DNA of 64,000 nucleotides from Nitrososphaerota archaeon (GTDB lineage Archaea > Thermoproteota > Nitrososphaeria_A > Caldarchaeales > Calditenuaceae). The DNA is taken from positions 32,001 to 96,000 of the forward strand of contig JAWBQR010000002.1 in assembly GCA_038845265.1 (NCBI GenBank), given 5' to 3'. The notes beneath the pieces are model-generated. The model saw nothing but the letters and a program-made list of their open reading frames with translations. It did not search any database and was not told the origin of the DNA. Shown in pieces: positions 19,998 through 29,637 of this stretch; position 1 is the stretch's first letter; each line of letters begins with the position of its first letter. A program made the position numbers and the translations under genes.

Positions 19998-20870
19998 CTA
20001 CATGAACGGATTTGCAACTAAGCCATAAAACCTGGCGACTAATAAGCCTATAAACGCCAATACGAGCGTGACTATTATCACAGTGTCCGAGCCAGAGTAT
20101 CTCCAATAATACTTACCAACGTAGCTTTCTTTAAGCATCGCCTTCTCCTCGAGCAACTTTATCTTGAGTGGAGCCTTAAACGCCCTAGACTCCATCGTAA
20201 CTCCAGCATCAATCGCCTTCTTTATAGTAATAGCCACGAGAGGTATTAAGTAGTATCCGAATACGAATGGTCTCCTCCAGAGTGGCTGGGACTTAATATC
20301 TAGGCCTCTTGCCTTTTGAGCATCTTGAATCGTATTGAAGTCCGAGTCAAACATCCCTATGAACCTGAACGCCATCGTGAGATAGGTCCTAGCTACGTAC
20401 GATATATTCATCTTCTCAAAGGCACTCATAAGGTCCGACGTCGTTGTTATCGAGAGCCACAACAGCATGGCACTGACCAGGGCAAACATTCTGACATAAA
20501 CCATGACGCCGAATCCAAGCGCCTGACTATAAACCTCGACGGGACCTATAGTGGCTATGACGGTCGGAGACGGACCTGCTACCGACCTCCCAAAAAAGAT
20601 CACCGAGACAAATATGAAGAGTGCCAGAGTCATGAGGACCTTAAAGTATTTCTCGACATGCATAAGAGTTGCTTTAAATATCTTCATCAAAATTATATTG
20701 AAGAAGCCGAATAATGCATTATAAATTGGATTATCAATTATTATTGGATAGGCATTAAAAAATAAGAGGATTAAGATCTTAGTGATAGGGCTCATCCTAT
20801 TGGCGATAGACCTTGCATCAACGTATGAAAAAAAGGTTCTATATCTAGTAGCTATCTGCTGAGCACTCAC
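19998..20870 (-). CDS. ECF transporter T component
   Basis: Membrane helices plus ARG and ESR(A) coupling motifs. Confidence 0.88.
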   Translation of the reverse strand: MSAQQIATRYRTFFSYVDARSIANRMSPITKILILLFFNAYPIIIDNPIYNALFGFFNIILMKIFKATLMHVEKYFKVLMTLALFIFVSVIFFGRSVAGPSPTVIATIGPVEVYSQALGFGVMVYVRMFALVSAMLLWLSITTTSDLMSAFEKMNISYVARTYLTMAFRFIGMFDSDFNTIQDAQKARGLDIKSQPLWRRPFVFGYYLIPLVAITIKKAIDAGVTMESRAFKAPLKIKLLEEKAMLKESYVGKYYWRYSGSDTVIIVTLVLAFIGLLVARFYGLVANPFM

Positions 20871-20874
20871 CTGG

Positions 20875-21462
20875 TTACCACCAATCTGGGAATACGTAGA
20901 CCCGTGTCCTCTTGACGTATGGAGTAGCGATCTTCAGTATTAGACTCCCAAAGACTATCGCGGGCCAAGTGTTACCGATGAACCAGCCTGCCCAGAAGAG
21001 TGGCTGTGCCTCCCAGGTAAATAGTCCCCATAGTACAAAAGCAGTGGTTCCGAGAGTTGCACCAATTGCGTTCTGCAGGACACAACCTATCAATATCCAT
21101 GCGAGCCAGTCCTTCCTAGTCTTTAGCTCTGGGTTAAGCTTGAACCTTCTGAATACCCATGCCACGGTCCATGCTTGGAAGAAGTTTGCAGGGATCAGTG
21201 TGGCTGCTACATACATGGGGATTGCCTCCCCGATGGCGTCAGATATTATCGGGAAGAGAAACGCGACGATGACCCCCCACATACCGAACCATATTCCACC
21301 TATAGCCTGTAGAGCCATGGCGGGCCAGAACCCTGAGACGTAACCTCCTATCGGTAGCGACATACTACCATATGCACCAACGACAATGCAGATTCCGGTC
21401 CAAGCAGCTAAGATGCTGCCCATAGTCGCGGCCGTCCTTTTTGGACGATAAACCTCGGTCAT
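20875..21462 (-). CDS. Putative ECF S component (substrate-binding membrane protein)
   Basis: About 195 aa, highly hydrophobic, co-oriented directly upstream of ecfT; GAGGTGA RBS before ATG 21462. Confidence 0.65.
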   Translation of the reverse strand: MTEVYRPKRTAATMGSILAAWTGICIVVGAYGSMSLPIGGYVSGFWPAMALQAIGGIWFGMWGVIVAFLFPIISDAIGEAIPMYVAATLIPANFFQAWTVAWVFRRFKLNPELKTRKDWLAWILIGCVLQNAIGATLGTTAFVLWGLFTWEAQPLFWAGWFIGNTWPAIVFGSLILKIATPYVKRTRVYVFPDWW

Positions 21463-21472
21463 GTCATTCACC

Positions 21473-21592
21473 TCATATCTTTCCATAGTAGATAAATATT
21501 AGTATTATGCCTACTATCAAGATAATCAGCGAGATCGCCAGCAATGCAGAATCGCTTAATCCAATTTTCTTTTTTTCTATTATTTTTTTCAT
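21473..21592 (-). CDS. 39-aa single-TM micro-protein MKKIIEKKKIGLSDSALLAISLIILIVGIILIFIYYGKI
   Basis: Manual translation; GAGGCGA RBS; TTTATATA box about 30 nt upstream; stop overlaps the RBS of the next gene. Confidence 0.65.
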   Translation of the reverse strand: MKKIIEKKKIGLSDSALLAISLIILIVGIILIFIYYGKI

Positions 21593-21687
21593 ATCGCCTC
21601 GAAAAATACAAGTTAGGGATATATATAAACATTATGTTAAAAAATTAATTAATTGTAGATAATTCTTCTCTCAATCTTTGTTAGTAT

Positions 21688-22725
21688 CTACCTGTATAGT
21701 TGTTCACTCATGGTGACTGCCATAACTGCTGATTTAACGTACAGGCCGTTCTCGGCTTGTTCATATATGACTGAGCGGGGGCCATCCATTACTTCGTCTG
21801 TCGCCTCCTGTCCGCGAAGAACTGGAAGCACATGAGTCACTATGCCTTTCTTATCCATTAGGTCCGTGAGTTCTTGGGTTAAGATCCAATTTTTGTATTG
21901 ATTGTGAATTTGTATCTCCTTCTCGACTCCGAATTTTGATGCTCCGACTTTTAGGAGTTCCCAGCTAGCCCAGCTTCTCGGGAAGACTACATGAGCTCCC
22001 TCAATTGCGGATTTGAGGTCTGTTGTTTCCTCAAAGGCTCCGCCACTTCTATCTGCATTTTCTTTTGCTATCTTGGCTATTTCAGGATCTATGTTAAATC
22101 CAGGTGGATGAGCTACTACGACATCCATTCCGAACCTCGTCATAATGAGCGCCTCTTCCTGTATGCTGCATAGTCCTCTGAGTTTTGAGGCATATCCCCA
22201 CATGATTACGTACTTCTTTCTCTTAATGTCTCCAAGTTTTTCACGTACGGTCATGAGGTCCTGCATGCCTTGAGTTGGATGAAATGAGCAGCAACCCATG
22301 TCAATTACTGGAATCTCTGCATGTTTTGCATATTCCATTACTGTTGCTCTTCCGAGACCATATTTATAATCTATCGCGTCGTCTAAACATCTGACACCCA
22401 TGCCATGTCCATATCTTTCATACATCTTAGCGACGTCTTTAACAGCCTCTCCGAAGCCGACTCTCAGCGTCGAGACATCTATATATGTTCCATGTCCTCC
22501 GAGCAAGCTTGCTCCAGACTCGAATGCCGCCCTAGTCCTAGTTGATGGCGCATAAAATATGGCGAAGAAGCTTTTTCCTTCAAGTAGTTTTGGAAGAGGT
22601 TCTCTTTTACGATATTTTTCTTTAAGTTCTTTTGCTAGTTTTAATGTCTCTTCTATCTCCTCTATACTCCAATCTTGAGTAGATATCAGGTCTCGGCCGT
22701 ATAAATTAACGCTTATGCTGACCAT
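21688..22725 (-). CDS. Second atypical carbamoyltransferase (ATCase/OTCase superfamily)
   Basis: STRTRAAFE, HPTQ, HVLP in place of HCLP, QAENG. Confidence 0.85.
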   Translation of the reverse strand: MVSISVNLYGRDLISTQDWSIEEIEETLKLAKELKEKYRKREPLPKLLEGKSFFAIFYAPSTRTRAAFESGASLLGGHGTYIDVSTLRVGFGEAVKDVAKMYERYGHGMGVRCLDDAIDYKYGLGRATVMEYAKHAEIPVIDMGCCSFHPTQGMQDLMTVREKLGDIKRKKYVIMWGYASKLRGLCSIQEEALIMTRFGMDVVVAHPPGFNIDPEIAKIAKENADRSGGAFEETTDLKSAIEGAHVVFPRSWASWELLKVGASKFGVEKEIQIHNQYKNWILTQELTDLMDKKGIVTHVLPVLRGQEATDEVMDGPRSVIYEQAENGLYVKSAVMAVTMSEQLYR

Positions 22726-22750
22726 GTTAAAGCGCTATCTTAAGATTTAT

Positions 22751-23536
22751 TTAAAGATTTCTAATGACAATATTTAGTTGTTTTTTCTTTATTCCGCTTG
22801 GTGGGTTATTGTTTGTTGTGGCGTCTATGAATTCTATTTCCGGCCTGATTGTTGTGAGCCATGAGAGAAGTTTTTGAGCATAGCTTAGTTTTTTCTTCTT
22901 TGCTTTTAGCCATTCTTGAGTTATGTTTTTTGATTTTTTTGAGCGTTGCCCTATTCTGCACGTTAGGCACATCCCAATTGTTATTATCTTTGTTGCTCCT
23001 AAGCCTGCTGCTATGAATACTGCTCTGTCACCGTCTGTGAATCCACCGAAGTTGTGGATGTGTCCCTTTGGCTCGGATTGGCATGTGGCTTCGATTCGCT
23101 CGTTGAAGAGCTTTCCTATATCGGCGACTTTTGGAATATTGTCGCCATGTGCATGGATGATTAGTACAGCCCCTCTGCTCCATGCATCGAGTAATTCTTC
23201 CATCTTACCGTCCATATCTGTCACTACTATGTCTGGAGTTAGTCCAGCCTCAAGTAGGGCTCCTGTGGCGCTGTCAGCAGAGAAAATGACATATTTATCT
23301 CTATGACCGAGCTCTAAGAGTTGTTTTGCCTCCTCGTCTATGGAATCCGATGCGCCTGCGACGACTACAGTGCCCCGACCCGAGACTAATCTCCTCAGTG
23401 ATGGTATAAGGCACGGCCTATCATTCATCTGGCTCGCAAGTATCGAGGATGCCTCGGAATCCTTCTCAACGCTATATCCGAAGTCTTCTACGATTATTCT
23501 GTACCACTCGTACCAGCCACTCGGCGTCTCAGCCAT
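22751..23536 (-). CDS. mptE: 6-hydroxymethyl-7,8-dihydropterin pyrophosphokinase MptE-like (DUF115)
   Basis: VVTDMDG, HAHGDN, NFGGFTDGDRA. Confidence 0.85.
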   Translation of the reverse strand: MAETPSGWYEWYRIIVEDFGYSVEKDSEASSILASQMNDRPCLIPSLRRLVSGRGTVVVAGASDSIDEEAKQLLELGHRDKYVIFSADSATGALLEAGLTPDIVVTDMDGKMEELLDAWSRGAVLIIHAHGDNIPKVADIGKLFNERIEATCQSEPKGHIHNFGGFTDGDRAVFIAAGLGATKIITIGMCLTCRIGQRSKKSKNITQEWLKAKKKKLSYAQKLLSWLTTIRPEIEFIDATTNNNPPSGIKKKQLNIVIRNL

Positions 23537-24434
23537 GATTTTTCCTGATTTCTCCGAGCGTTGTTTTTAGTGTAGCGGCAAAGTCATGATTATGAATGCT
23601 CTCGATGCTTTTTACGACGATTTTTACCTCGGTGTTTGGGCTCAGGTTTGGGAAGCTCTCAGCGATTCTCTGGGCTATTATTCTGACTGCGTCCTCTACG
23701 AAGACGGGATTCCTAACCGCGTCTAGGACTAGATATGCCTCATCGGCGCGCTTCAGTAGCTCGTAGGTAGGCGCGCTTAGAGATGCTCTGACAATGTCGC
23801 CAAGGCCGATTAGGCAGGCCGACTCGTCACCGACGAGTTTCAGGTCTACGGAGGCATATGTCCGCTGCATATGAGTCGCGATTGGGGTGTCCCTCGGTGC
23901 CTGCTTTTCTTGGCTCCATATCTTTCTTATCATCTCCTGTGCGCATGGGCATGCAGTAATGCCTGAGACTGTTACGCCTATATGTCTGCGGGATGATATT
24001 GTGCCGTCTTTTCTCCAGCCGGTTGCTCCGGCCCTAATCTTGAATCTTTCCAGCGAGTCTTTCTTCGTAATTGGTGATTTCACTGTCCTGTAGAGGTCGG
24101 CCTTGAAGTTTCCTTCAGCCCAGTCTGAGTATTGATGCTTCTCCAGAAGCTTCTCAACTATGTATTTTGAGAGGTCTTCGAGCCTTGCTGTTTTCCATGC
24201 AGCGGTCGATAAAACTTCATAGATTGATTCGTAGCTTCTGCTTGCATGTATGCCACGTTGGTCCGCTGGTAGGTTAACGAAGACGCTGAAGACAGAGTTT
24301 TGCAATACATAGCCATCTAGCCTACCCACAACTCCGAGCGGTATCCTAACGTTTATCAATCCAACCCTGTTTATTCCCAGCCTTATTCTGGGACGCTCTG
24401 ACTGGACGTCCGGCAGATCAATAAACATATCCAT
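23529..24434 (-). CDS. mptA: GTP cyclohydrolase MptA/FolE2
   Basis: PDVQ, RGIHASR, TACPCAQ, THMQR, LLKR.DE, FVED, ESIHNH. Confidence 0.9.
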   Translation of the reverse strand: MDMFIDLPDVQSERPRIRLGINRVGLINVRIPLGVVGRLDGYVLQNSVFSVFVNLPADQRGIHASRSYESIYEVLSTAAWKTARLEDLSKYIVEKLLEKHQYSDWAEGNFKADLYRTVKSPITKKDSLERFKIRAGATGWRKDGTISSRRHIGVTVSGITACPCAQEMIRKIWSQEKQAPRDTPIATHMQRTYASVDLKLVGDESACLIGLGDIVRASLSAPTYELLKRADEAYLVLDAVRNPVFVEDAVRIIAQRIAESFPNLSPNTEVKIVVKSIESIHNHDFAATLKTTLGEIRKNHG

Positions 24435-24491
24435 CTGTTATTCAGATATCTCGTTCTAATAAATTGCTTTGACTTTCTCAGAAAGCGGAGT

Positions 24492-25784
24492 CTATGGATA
24501 GATCCTCGTCGTTGTCCTGGGGAATAGACATGCGGCCCTGACATGCGGAAGATCCAGTATCCATTTTAGTATTCTTTCGATCCCCATTCCGAATCCAACA
24601 TGAGGCACTGAGCCAAACTTCCTAAGGTCTATGTACCATCCATAGTCATCGGGGTTGAGCTGGAACTCGCGTATCCTCTGGATGAGCTCATCATAGTCAT
24701 GTATCCTGACTCCTCCGCCGACTATCTCTCCGTTTCCACGAGGCGCAAGCAAGTCAGCGCTCAGCGTAACCCTCGGGTCCGAGGGATCCAATCGGTGATA
24801 GAATGCCTTTACTTCTCTTGGAAAATGCGTGAGGAAGACCGGTCTATCGAACTGTGAAGAGATTATCCGCTCCTCATCGGCGCCTATGTCGATTCCCCAG
24901 TCAGCGTCTAGGCCGTGTTCCCTCAGGATCCCCAGTGCTTCCTCATACCTTATCCTGTAGAAAGGCTTCTCCACCTCCTCTGTCCTGATCTTCTTTCCAA
25001 GCACCCTGAGCTCTTTCTCTGAGACCTCCGCCGTCCTGAGCACGACATAGCTGACTAGGTCCTCAATCACATTCATTAATGTCTCTATGTCTGCAAAGGC
25101 GATCTCTGCCTCGACGTGCCAGAACTCTGTGAGGTGCCTCGTCGTCCTGCTCTTCTCGGCCCTGAAGCTCGGCTGGACACTGTAGACCTTCTCGAGACTA
25201 TAGATGGCTGCCTCCTGATAGAACTGGACACTCTGGGTCAAGTATGCCTTCGACCCAAAGTAGTTAACCTCGAAGAGCGTAGCGCCCCCCTCGACCGCCG
25301 CGGTAATAATTGTTGGGCAATCAACCTCGTAGAAGCCCCTAGACCTGAAATACTCATGGACAGCGCCGATTAGGTTAGAGCGGATCCTCAGGAGAGCGGT
25401 AACCTTGGGGCTCCGGATATACAGATGCCTATAGTCATAGAGAGTCTTTGTGCCTACGCCCTTCCTGAGCGGATAGTCCTCGAGAGACTCGCCGACGACG
25501 TCCAGCCTCTTGCATCTAACCTCGACTCCGCCCGGCGCCCTCGGGTCATGAACCACAACTCCCCAGACCTTGACTGCAGACTCCTTCTTTATGCTCGAGG
25601 CCTTTCTGAGCGAGTCTTCATCAGCTACGCCGCCCTTGACCGCTACTTGGACTACGCCGCTCGAGTCCCTGAGGTCGATGAAGACGAGCTTGCCATGGCT
25701 CCTCCTATTCCTGACCCAGCCCCAGACCTCCACCTCTTCACCATCACTGCACTTATGGAGCTCCTCGGCCCTCCTCCTCATCAC
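24492..25784 (-). CDS. asnS: Asparagine--tRNA ligase
   Basis: OB fold, EGGATLF, YLTQS.Q.Y.E, FRAEKSRTTRHLTEFWH, GSVPH.GFG.G.ER; AsnRS-type rather than AspRS-type motifs. Confidence 0.8.
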   Translation of the reverse strand: MMRRRAEELHKCSDGEEVEVWGWVRNRRSHGKLVFIDLRDSSGVVQVAVKGGVADEDSLRKASSIKKESAVKVWGVVVHDPRAPGGVEVRCKRLDVVGESLEDYPLRKGVGTKTLYDYRHLYIRSPKVTALLRIRSNLIGAVHEYFRSRGFYEVDCPTIITAAVEGGATLFEVNYFGSKAYLTQSVQFYQEAAIYSLEKVYSVQPSFRAEKSRTTRHLTEFWHVEAEIAFADIETLMNVIEDLVSYVVLRTAEVSEKELRVLGKKIRTEEVEKPFYRIRYEEALGILREHGLDADWGIDIGADEERIISSQFDRPVFLTHFPREVKAFYHRLDPSDPRVTLSADLLAPRGNGEIVGGGVRIHDYDELIQRIREFQLNPDDYGWYIDLRKFGSVPHVGFGMGIERILKWILDLPHVRAACLFPRTTTRIYP

Positions 25785-25853
25785 AATGAATGAAATACAC
25801 GCCTATATATTAGGAAGGAGCCATGTGTCCATAATCACAATAATTGACTCCGA

Positions 25854-27539
25854 CTATGGGAGCCCCGCCCCAAGCGAGGCTGAGAGTGCGTATCTAGAGT
25901 ATCTTGCAAGTATTCCAGACGTGTACCGTGGGCTTGGGGGAGCCCAGCTCTTCAGTCTCTTTTGAAGTTCCTCCACTGATACCTCGGCTTCGAGCCTGCC
26001 ATTAACTGCATCTATCAATATTGTGTCGCCATTCCTTAGCGCTGCGATAGGTCCTCCTACAGCCGCCTCTGGAGAGACATGTCCAACCATAAGTCCACGC
26101 GTCGCTCCAGAGAACCTGCCATCAGTTATGAGTGCCACGCTCTCTCCAAGTCCCTGACCGACTATGGCGGCCGTGACTGCAAGCATCTCTCTCATTCCCG
26201 GCCCGCCCCTGGGCCCCTCATACCGAATGACAACTACGTCTCCAGCCTCAATCTCCCTGTTCATCACGGCCCGGAACGCTTCCTCCTCAGATTCATAAAT
26301 CTTTGCGGGGCCCTTATGGATGAGGTTCTTCACTCCGCTTATCTTTGTGACAGCTCCTTCAGGCGCAATATTTCCCCTCAAGACAACTATTGAGCCTCGC
26401 CTCGATATTGGGTCGGCCGGGTCTTTGACGACCTGGCTCATCCTAGGCGTGGGTGGTTCATAGTTCCTCAAGTTCTCACCGACGGTCTTCCCAGTCACAG
26501 TCAATGCCTCTCCATACATGAGTCCCATCTCGAGTAGCTTCTTCATCACGAGCGGAACGCCGCCAGCCCTGTCTAGGTCCTCTACAGCATATCTGCCGCC
26601 GGGAATGAGGTCAACAAAGTAGGGCGTCTTCTTGCTGACCCTATCAAAGTCGTCAAGCGTGAGCTTAACCCCTGCCTCTCTCGCAATCGCCAATAGATGT
26701 AAAACGGCGTTGGTTGAGCCGCCCATCGCGGCGTCGACAGCTATGGCATTCATGAATGCCTCATAACTCATGATTTCTCTTGCCTTCAGCCCAGTCTCTA
26801 CTAGCTCCATGAGTGTCAGTCCAGTCCTATAGGCCGCGTCCAGCCTCTTCGAGTCTACTGCAGGTATTGTTGAGGCTCCAGGAATCGTTAATCCAAGAGC
26901 TTCTGCAACTATCGCCATCGTGTTGGCCGTGTAGAGTCCTGCGCATGACCCTGGCCCGGGACATGCATACATCTCAACCATTCTAAGCTCCTCGAATGTT
27001 ATTTTACCCGCCGAGTATTGCCCAACCGCCTCGAACACATCTCCAGTGCTTAGTCTCTTATCCCCTAGCCTGCCTATGCACATCGGGCCACCGTTCAGGA
27101 ATATTGATGGTAAATTGAGCCTCGCCATTGCCATGAGCATTCCGGGCTCAATCTTGTCGCAACTTGCCAGTCCTACAAATGCATCGAAGCAGTGAGCCTG
27201 CATCATCGTTTCTATACTGTCGGCAACTATTTCTCGACTGGCTAAGCTGAATTTCATCCCTTCATGCCCCATGGCTAAGCCGTCACATACAGCAATTGTG
27301 TTGAACTCTAGTGGTACTCCATCTCGGGTCCTTATACCTTCTTTAATCTTCTTTGCAACTCTATCCAGATGCATGTGTCCTGGCACGACTTCGTTCCACG
27401 AATTCGCTATAGCCACTATTGGCTTGCCAAAATCATGATCTGTCAGCCCGATTGCCCTCAGTAGTGCTCTGTGAGGAGCGCGTTCCACTCCCTCAGTAAT
27501 TACGGAGCTTCTACGCCTTAACTTTCCTGTCCCAGGCAT
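25854..27539 (-). CDS. ilvD: Dihydroxy-acid dehydratase
   Basis: [53 protein letters not shown]. Confidence 0.95.
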   Translation of the reverse strand: MPGTGKLRRRSSVITEGVERAPHRALLRAIGLTDHDFGKPIVAIANSWNEVVPGHMHLDRVAKKIKEGIRTRDGVPLEFNTIAVCDGLAMGHEGMKFSLASREIVADSIETMMQAHCFDAFVGLASCDKIEPGMLMAMARLNLPSIFLNGGPMCIGRLGDKRLSTGDVFEAVGQYSAGKITFEELRMVEMYACPGPGSCAGLYTANTMAIVAEALGLTIPGASTIPAVDSKRLDAAYRTGLTLMELVETGLKAREIMSYEAFMNAIAVDAAMGGSTNAVLHLLAIAREAGVKLTLDDFDRVSKKTPYFVDLIPGGRYAVEDLDRAGGVPLVMKKLLEMGLMYGEALTVTGKTVGENLRNYEPPTPRMSQVVKDPADPISRRGSIVVLRGNIAPEGAVTKISGVKNLIHKGPAKIYESEEEAFRAVMNREIEAGDVVVIRYEGPRGGPGMREMLAVTAAIVGQGLGESVALITDGRFSGATRGLMVGHVSPEAAVGGPIAALRNGDTILIDAVNGRLEAEVSVEELQKRLKSWAPPSPRYTSGILARYSRYALSASLGAGLP

Positions 27540-27636
27540 TTCTTGATACTCTCGATTAGCGGCGCAAATTAAGCCTTTCGATCAGATTAGACTAATGAGA
27601 TGTCGACGCTGTTTTAATAACTCCATGGTCCGACGC

Positions 27637-29070
27637 TCAGCTCATTAGCTGAACAATTCTTATTGTGTGAATTGGCTTGTCAAGAAGTCCATACGTCAGA
27701 ATCAATGTATCTCCCCTTATTACGAGGTTCTGTTCTTTAAGTCTCTGCTCAAGTTCTTTGAGTCCGTCTTCGTATTCTTTTGATTCTACATGTATTGGCT
27801 CAACCCCCCAAAGCAATAACAGTCTACGAATGGTTCTAGGATCATTGCTGGCTGCGAATACTTGGACTCGTGGCTTGAACCTTGAGATTCTCCTAGCAGT
27901 GTTGCCTTTCTTTGTATATATCCCGATCTTTGCATTAAGTGTCTCTGATAGTTCTACCACTCCTAAGGCAAATCTATCCACTACCTGTCCTTCTGAGAGC
28001 TCGCGTTTAACATTTACATTCTTCTCATAAGTCTCTATGATTCTTTTAAGCCATTTTACGGACTCTACTGGATAGTCACCAATGGCTGTTTCACCTGTCA
28101 ACATCAGTACGTCTACTCCGTCGATTACACAATTCATAACGTCCACAATCTCGCTTCGAGAAGGCACAGGCTCAGAGACCATTGAGCCTAGCAACTGTGT
28201 TGCAACAATAACTGGTCTGCCAGTATTCGTTACAGTTTTGACTATCTTCTCCTGTAGCAGTGGTACCTCCTCGAGGGGGAACTGCATCCCTAGGTCTCCA
28301 CGGGCTACAAGCACTGCGTCTGATGCTTTAGCTATCTCCTCAACATTAGCTACGGCTGAGACCGTCTCTATCTTCGCTATTAGTCCCATCTCTGAGCCAT
28401 TCTTCTCGAGAAATTCCCTTACAGCAATTACGTCGAGCGGGGAGGTTACGAAGCTCAGTCCTAAAAAATCAGCACCTAGTCTAATCGCATCTATTATTTG
28501 TTCTCTACAATGATGGAGATAGTTCGATATGAGTATCTCCTTCTCTCTAATGACGAGTGATTTTCCCTTCGTGATAATTAATTTGTTCAATGCTTGAACC
28601 AATATTCTCTCATCGTCCTTCTTCAGAACTTTCATCAAGCCGCGCCCATCATCAGTAACAAGTATGTCATTTTCTGAAATCTTTTCAAAGAATTCAGAGC
28701 TATCGATTGATGGTTCTTCATTTCCTGAATTATTATGCTTCACTATATGAAAGGTTTGTCCCGCTAAGTATGTCTTTGCTTTATCGGGTGATGCGAAGCG
28801 AATTGAGAGTCCTCGGAGGTCTGCAATTAATACGCAGTCAACTCCGATGTTATTTGAGACGTCTCTGAGATTCTCAGCCCATATCTTCCAGAGCTTAAAT
28901 TCTCCATGACTAAAATTAATTCTGAAAATCCTGCAACCTAACTTAACTAGTTGATTGACTGTATCCCAATCTCCTGATGATGGTCCAAGCGTACAGGCAA
29001 TCTTTGTCCTCAAGCCATTGAAAAATACCTTATACTGCCAATTAGCCCTTTCCCTAGTATAGATAAGCAA
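27637..29070 (-). CDS. pyk: Pyruvate kinase (true start probably TTG near 29015)
   Basis: TKI.CTLGPS, RINFSHG, AKIET, VARGDLG, ATQ, D..MLTGETA.G.YP. Confidence 0.93.
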   Translation of the reverse strand: MLIYTRERANWQYKVFFNGLRTKIACTLGPSSGDWDTVNQLVKLGCRIFRINFSHGEFKLWKIWAENLRDVSNNIGVDCVLIADLRGLSIRFASPDKAKTYLAGQTFHIVKHNNSGNEEPSIDSSEFFEKISENDILVTDDGRGLMKVLKKDDERILVQALNKLIITKGKSLVIREKEILISNYLHHCREQIIDAIRLGADFLGLSFVTSPLDVIAVREFLEKNGSEMGLIAKIETVSAVANVEEIAKASDAVLVARGDLGMQFPLEEVPLLQEKIVKTVTNTGRPVIVATQLLGSMVSEPVPSRSEIVDVMNCVIDGVDVLMLTGETAIGDYPVESVKWLKRIIETYEKNVNVKRELSEGQVVDRFALGVVELSETLNAKIGIYTKKGNTARRISRFKPRVQVFAASNDPRTIRRLLLLWGVEPIHVESKEYEDGLKELEQRLKEQNLVIRGDTLILTYGLLDKPIHTIRIVQLMS

Positions 29071-29097
29071 GTTGTATGTTAATCTTGGGAATTTTTG

Positions 29098-29448
29098 CTA
29101 GCTTACTGGTGAGCCTACATCGATTGGTGTTTCAGGCGCTATCGGCACTATCTTTTCATCACTAGCGACTGCGGCAAGAATCATGCAGTCAGACAGCAGC
29201 CCCCTCATCTTCCTAGGCTTAAGATTCACGACGAAGACATACTCCTTGTCCAGAAAATGTTCAGGACTATATAAATGTCCAAGCCCAGTAATGGCTTGTT
29301 TCTTAAAATCTTTGAAATCTACTTCGAGTCTGATTAGCCTATCAGTTCCTGGAACTCTTTCCGCCCTCACAACCTTGCCTATACGCATGTCTATTCGCTT
29401 AAACTCCGAGATATCTATCTCTGAGAACTCGACCACCCCACTAAACAA
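29098..29448 (-). CDS. tRNA-binding OB-fold protein (Trbp111/CsaA/MetRS C-terminal-like)
   Basis: F...DMRIGKV, VNLKPRKMRG..S..MILA. Confidence 0.85.
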   Translation of the reverse strand: MFSGVVEFSEIDISEFKRIDMRIGKVVRAERVPGTDRLIRLEVDFKDFKKQAITGLGHLYSPEHFLDKEYVFVVNLKPRKMRGLLSDCMILAAVASDEKIVPIAPETPIDVGSPVS

Positions 29449-29558
29449 TGAATCATGCAGTATTTGTAATTAACGTTACGCTATTCTCGAAAGAATTAGA
29501 ACAGTTCTAGAATCAATAAGTATAAACTCTGCTAATTACATTAAATTATTGAAGAAAT

Positions 29559-29633
29559 ATGGCGGCAAAGAAGTCAAAGAAATCGAAGGCAAAAAAGAAG
29601 TCTAAGAGTAAGTCAAGTAAACGCGCATGTTAG
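29559..29633 (+). CDS. 24-aa Lys/Ser-rich peptide MAAKKSKKSKAKKKSKSKSSKRAC
   Basis: Manual translation from ATG 29559 to TAG 29631-33; varied synonymous codons; TATAAA at 29521; fills an otherwise empty gap. Confidence 0.6.
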   Translation: MAAKKSKKSKAKKKSKSKSSKRAC

Positions 29634-29637
29634 GAGC

